51,259 nucleotides of DNA. Origin: an uncultured bacterium. Its GTDB lineage: Bacteria; Actinomycetota; Aquicultoria; SKW223; CALKMS01. Positions 50,348 to 51,259 of this stretch are shown piece by piece. Position numbers and translations under genes: made by a program. How positions within the stretch are numbered: the first letter of the stretch is position 1; each line of letters starts with the position of its first letter. The notes beneath the pieces were generated by a model that did no database searches, was not told where the DNA came from, and saw nothing but the letters and a program-made list of their open reading frames with translations. The stretch spans positions 1-51,259 of the forward strand of contig CALKMS010000032.1 in NCBI GenBank assembly GCA_938091145.1. The letters run 5' to 3'.

Positions 50348-51259
50348 ATGATTAAATTTGGAACTGATGGTTGGCGGGGAATAATAGCTGAAGACTTTAG
50401 TGTATTTAATCTGCAGAGGGTAGCTGCAGGTATTGCTCTTTATTTGAAGGAAGAAAACCTAAAAGATCCCGTTTTTATTGGATATGATACTCGCTTTCTT
50501 TCCGAAAGGTTTGCTCGAAAAGTTGCTGAAGTTTTTGCCTCTTATGGAATAAAAGCTCTTCTTGGAGACAGATTTTATCCAACACCGATAACCGCTTTTG
50601 CGGCTCGTTTTTTTAACCTTTCGGGAGCGGTTATGATCACTGCCAGTCATAATCCAAGTTATTATAATGGCGTGAAATTTATCCCTTCTTATGGTGGTCC
50701 CGCAAGTTTAGAGATAACTTCGAAAATTGAGAACCTAATTCCGGAAAAAGCAGAGGAGAGAGCCTTTAATGAAGGGTTAATAGAAGAGTTTAGCCCCTTT
50801 TCTGCTTATTTGGAGGAGATTAAAAAGATTATTGATTTTGAGTTGATTTCTCGAAGCAATTTAAAATTAGTTTTTAACCCTAACTATGGGGCTGCTATTG
50901 GGTTGTTCGAAAAAATTTTTTCAACCACCCCTCTTCATTTTTTAGTCATTAACAACTATCGCGACCCTTATTTTGGCGGAAGAAATCCTGATACTAACAC
51001 CGAAAACTTAAGACTGCTTTTAAAGACTGTCAGAGAAGAAAGTGCAGTCGCTGGTTTTTCGCTCGACGGGGACGCAGATCGGTTTGGGGTGGTGGAATCT
51101 CCTTTTTCAATATTTTCTACCAACGAGTTGCTCCCCATTCTTACTTATTATTTGCTCGAAGTTAAAGGATGGCGGGGGAACGTTGTGCGAACCGTTGCCA
51201 CTACTCACTTGCTTGACCGGATTGCCGAAAGATATGGTTTGGCTTTAGTGGAAACACCA
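50348..51259 (+). CDS. Phosphoglucomutase/phosphomannomutase (alpha-D-phosphohexomutase), 3' end beyond the window
   Basis: Not in the ORF track because it is open-ended. ATG 50348 follows the TAA directly. MIKFGTDGWRG, active-site ITASHNPSYYNG, metal loop LDGDADR. The frame is open to nt 51259. Confidence 0.9.
   Translation, partial: MIKFGTDGWRGIIAEDFSVFNLQRVAAGIALYLKEENLKDPVFIGYDTRFLSERFARKVAEVFASYGIKALLGDRFYPTPITAFAARFFNLSGAVMITASHNPSYYNGVKFIPSYGGPASLEITSKIENLIPEKAEERAFNEGLIEEFSPFSAYLEEIKKIIDFELISRSNLKLVFNPNYGAAIGLFEKIFSTTPLHFLVINNYRDPYFGGRNPDTNTENLRLLLKTVREESAVAGFSLDGDADRFGVVESPFSIFSTNELLPILTYYLLEVKGWRGNVVRTVATTHLLDRIAERYGLALVETP

Overview
This is a 51.3-kb stretch of a bacterial chromosome with moderate to low GC, tightly packed genes and frequent GTG/TTG starts. 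I cannot name the lineage. Gene order resembles Firmicutes- or Thermotogae-like deep-branching bacteria: hisS-aspS; rimP-nusA-ylxR-infB-DUF503-rbfA-nrnA-truB-ribF; yebC-ruvCAB-queA; comEA-comEC...holA against rpsT. Almost everything is housekeeping: tRNA synthetases, GatCAB, translation factors, the lysA-hom-thrC-thrB block, pdxST, ruvABC, the queuosine genes queH and queA, ligA, pabBC and a sugar-nucleotide/phosphohexomutase block. I found no CRISPR array, transposase, integrase or recognisable defence or toxin system. Five things stand out. (1) A roughly 185-nt GC-rich, strongly structured leader RNA (3046-3229) sits inside the only long ORF-free spacer. It ends 4 nt before the SD of a cluster of three uncharacterised envelope genes, and it may be related to the ydaO/c-di-AMP riboswitch class, but I could not assign it. 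(2) tRNA-Pro(GGG) is followed 51 nt downstream of its 3' end by an exact 41-nt copy of its own interior, embedded in competing hairpins. (3) A histidine kinase and response regulator sit between comEC and holA, and the regulator is split by a frameshift in a T-rich tract. (4) NusA carries a C-terminal CX9CX10CX2H knuckle, and an intrinsic terminator lies in the rimP-nusA leader. (5) A nucleotidyltransferase is fused to a phosphomannomutase-like domain whose catalytic motifs are degenerate, and an intact phosphohexomutase gene follows directly. All calls come from reading the sequence and translations, with no database search.
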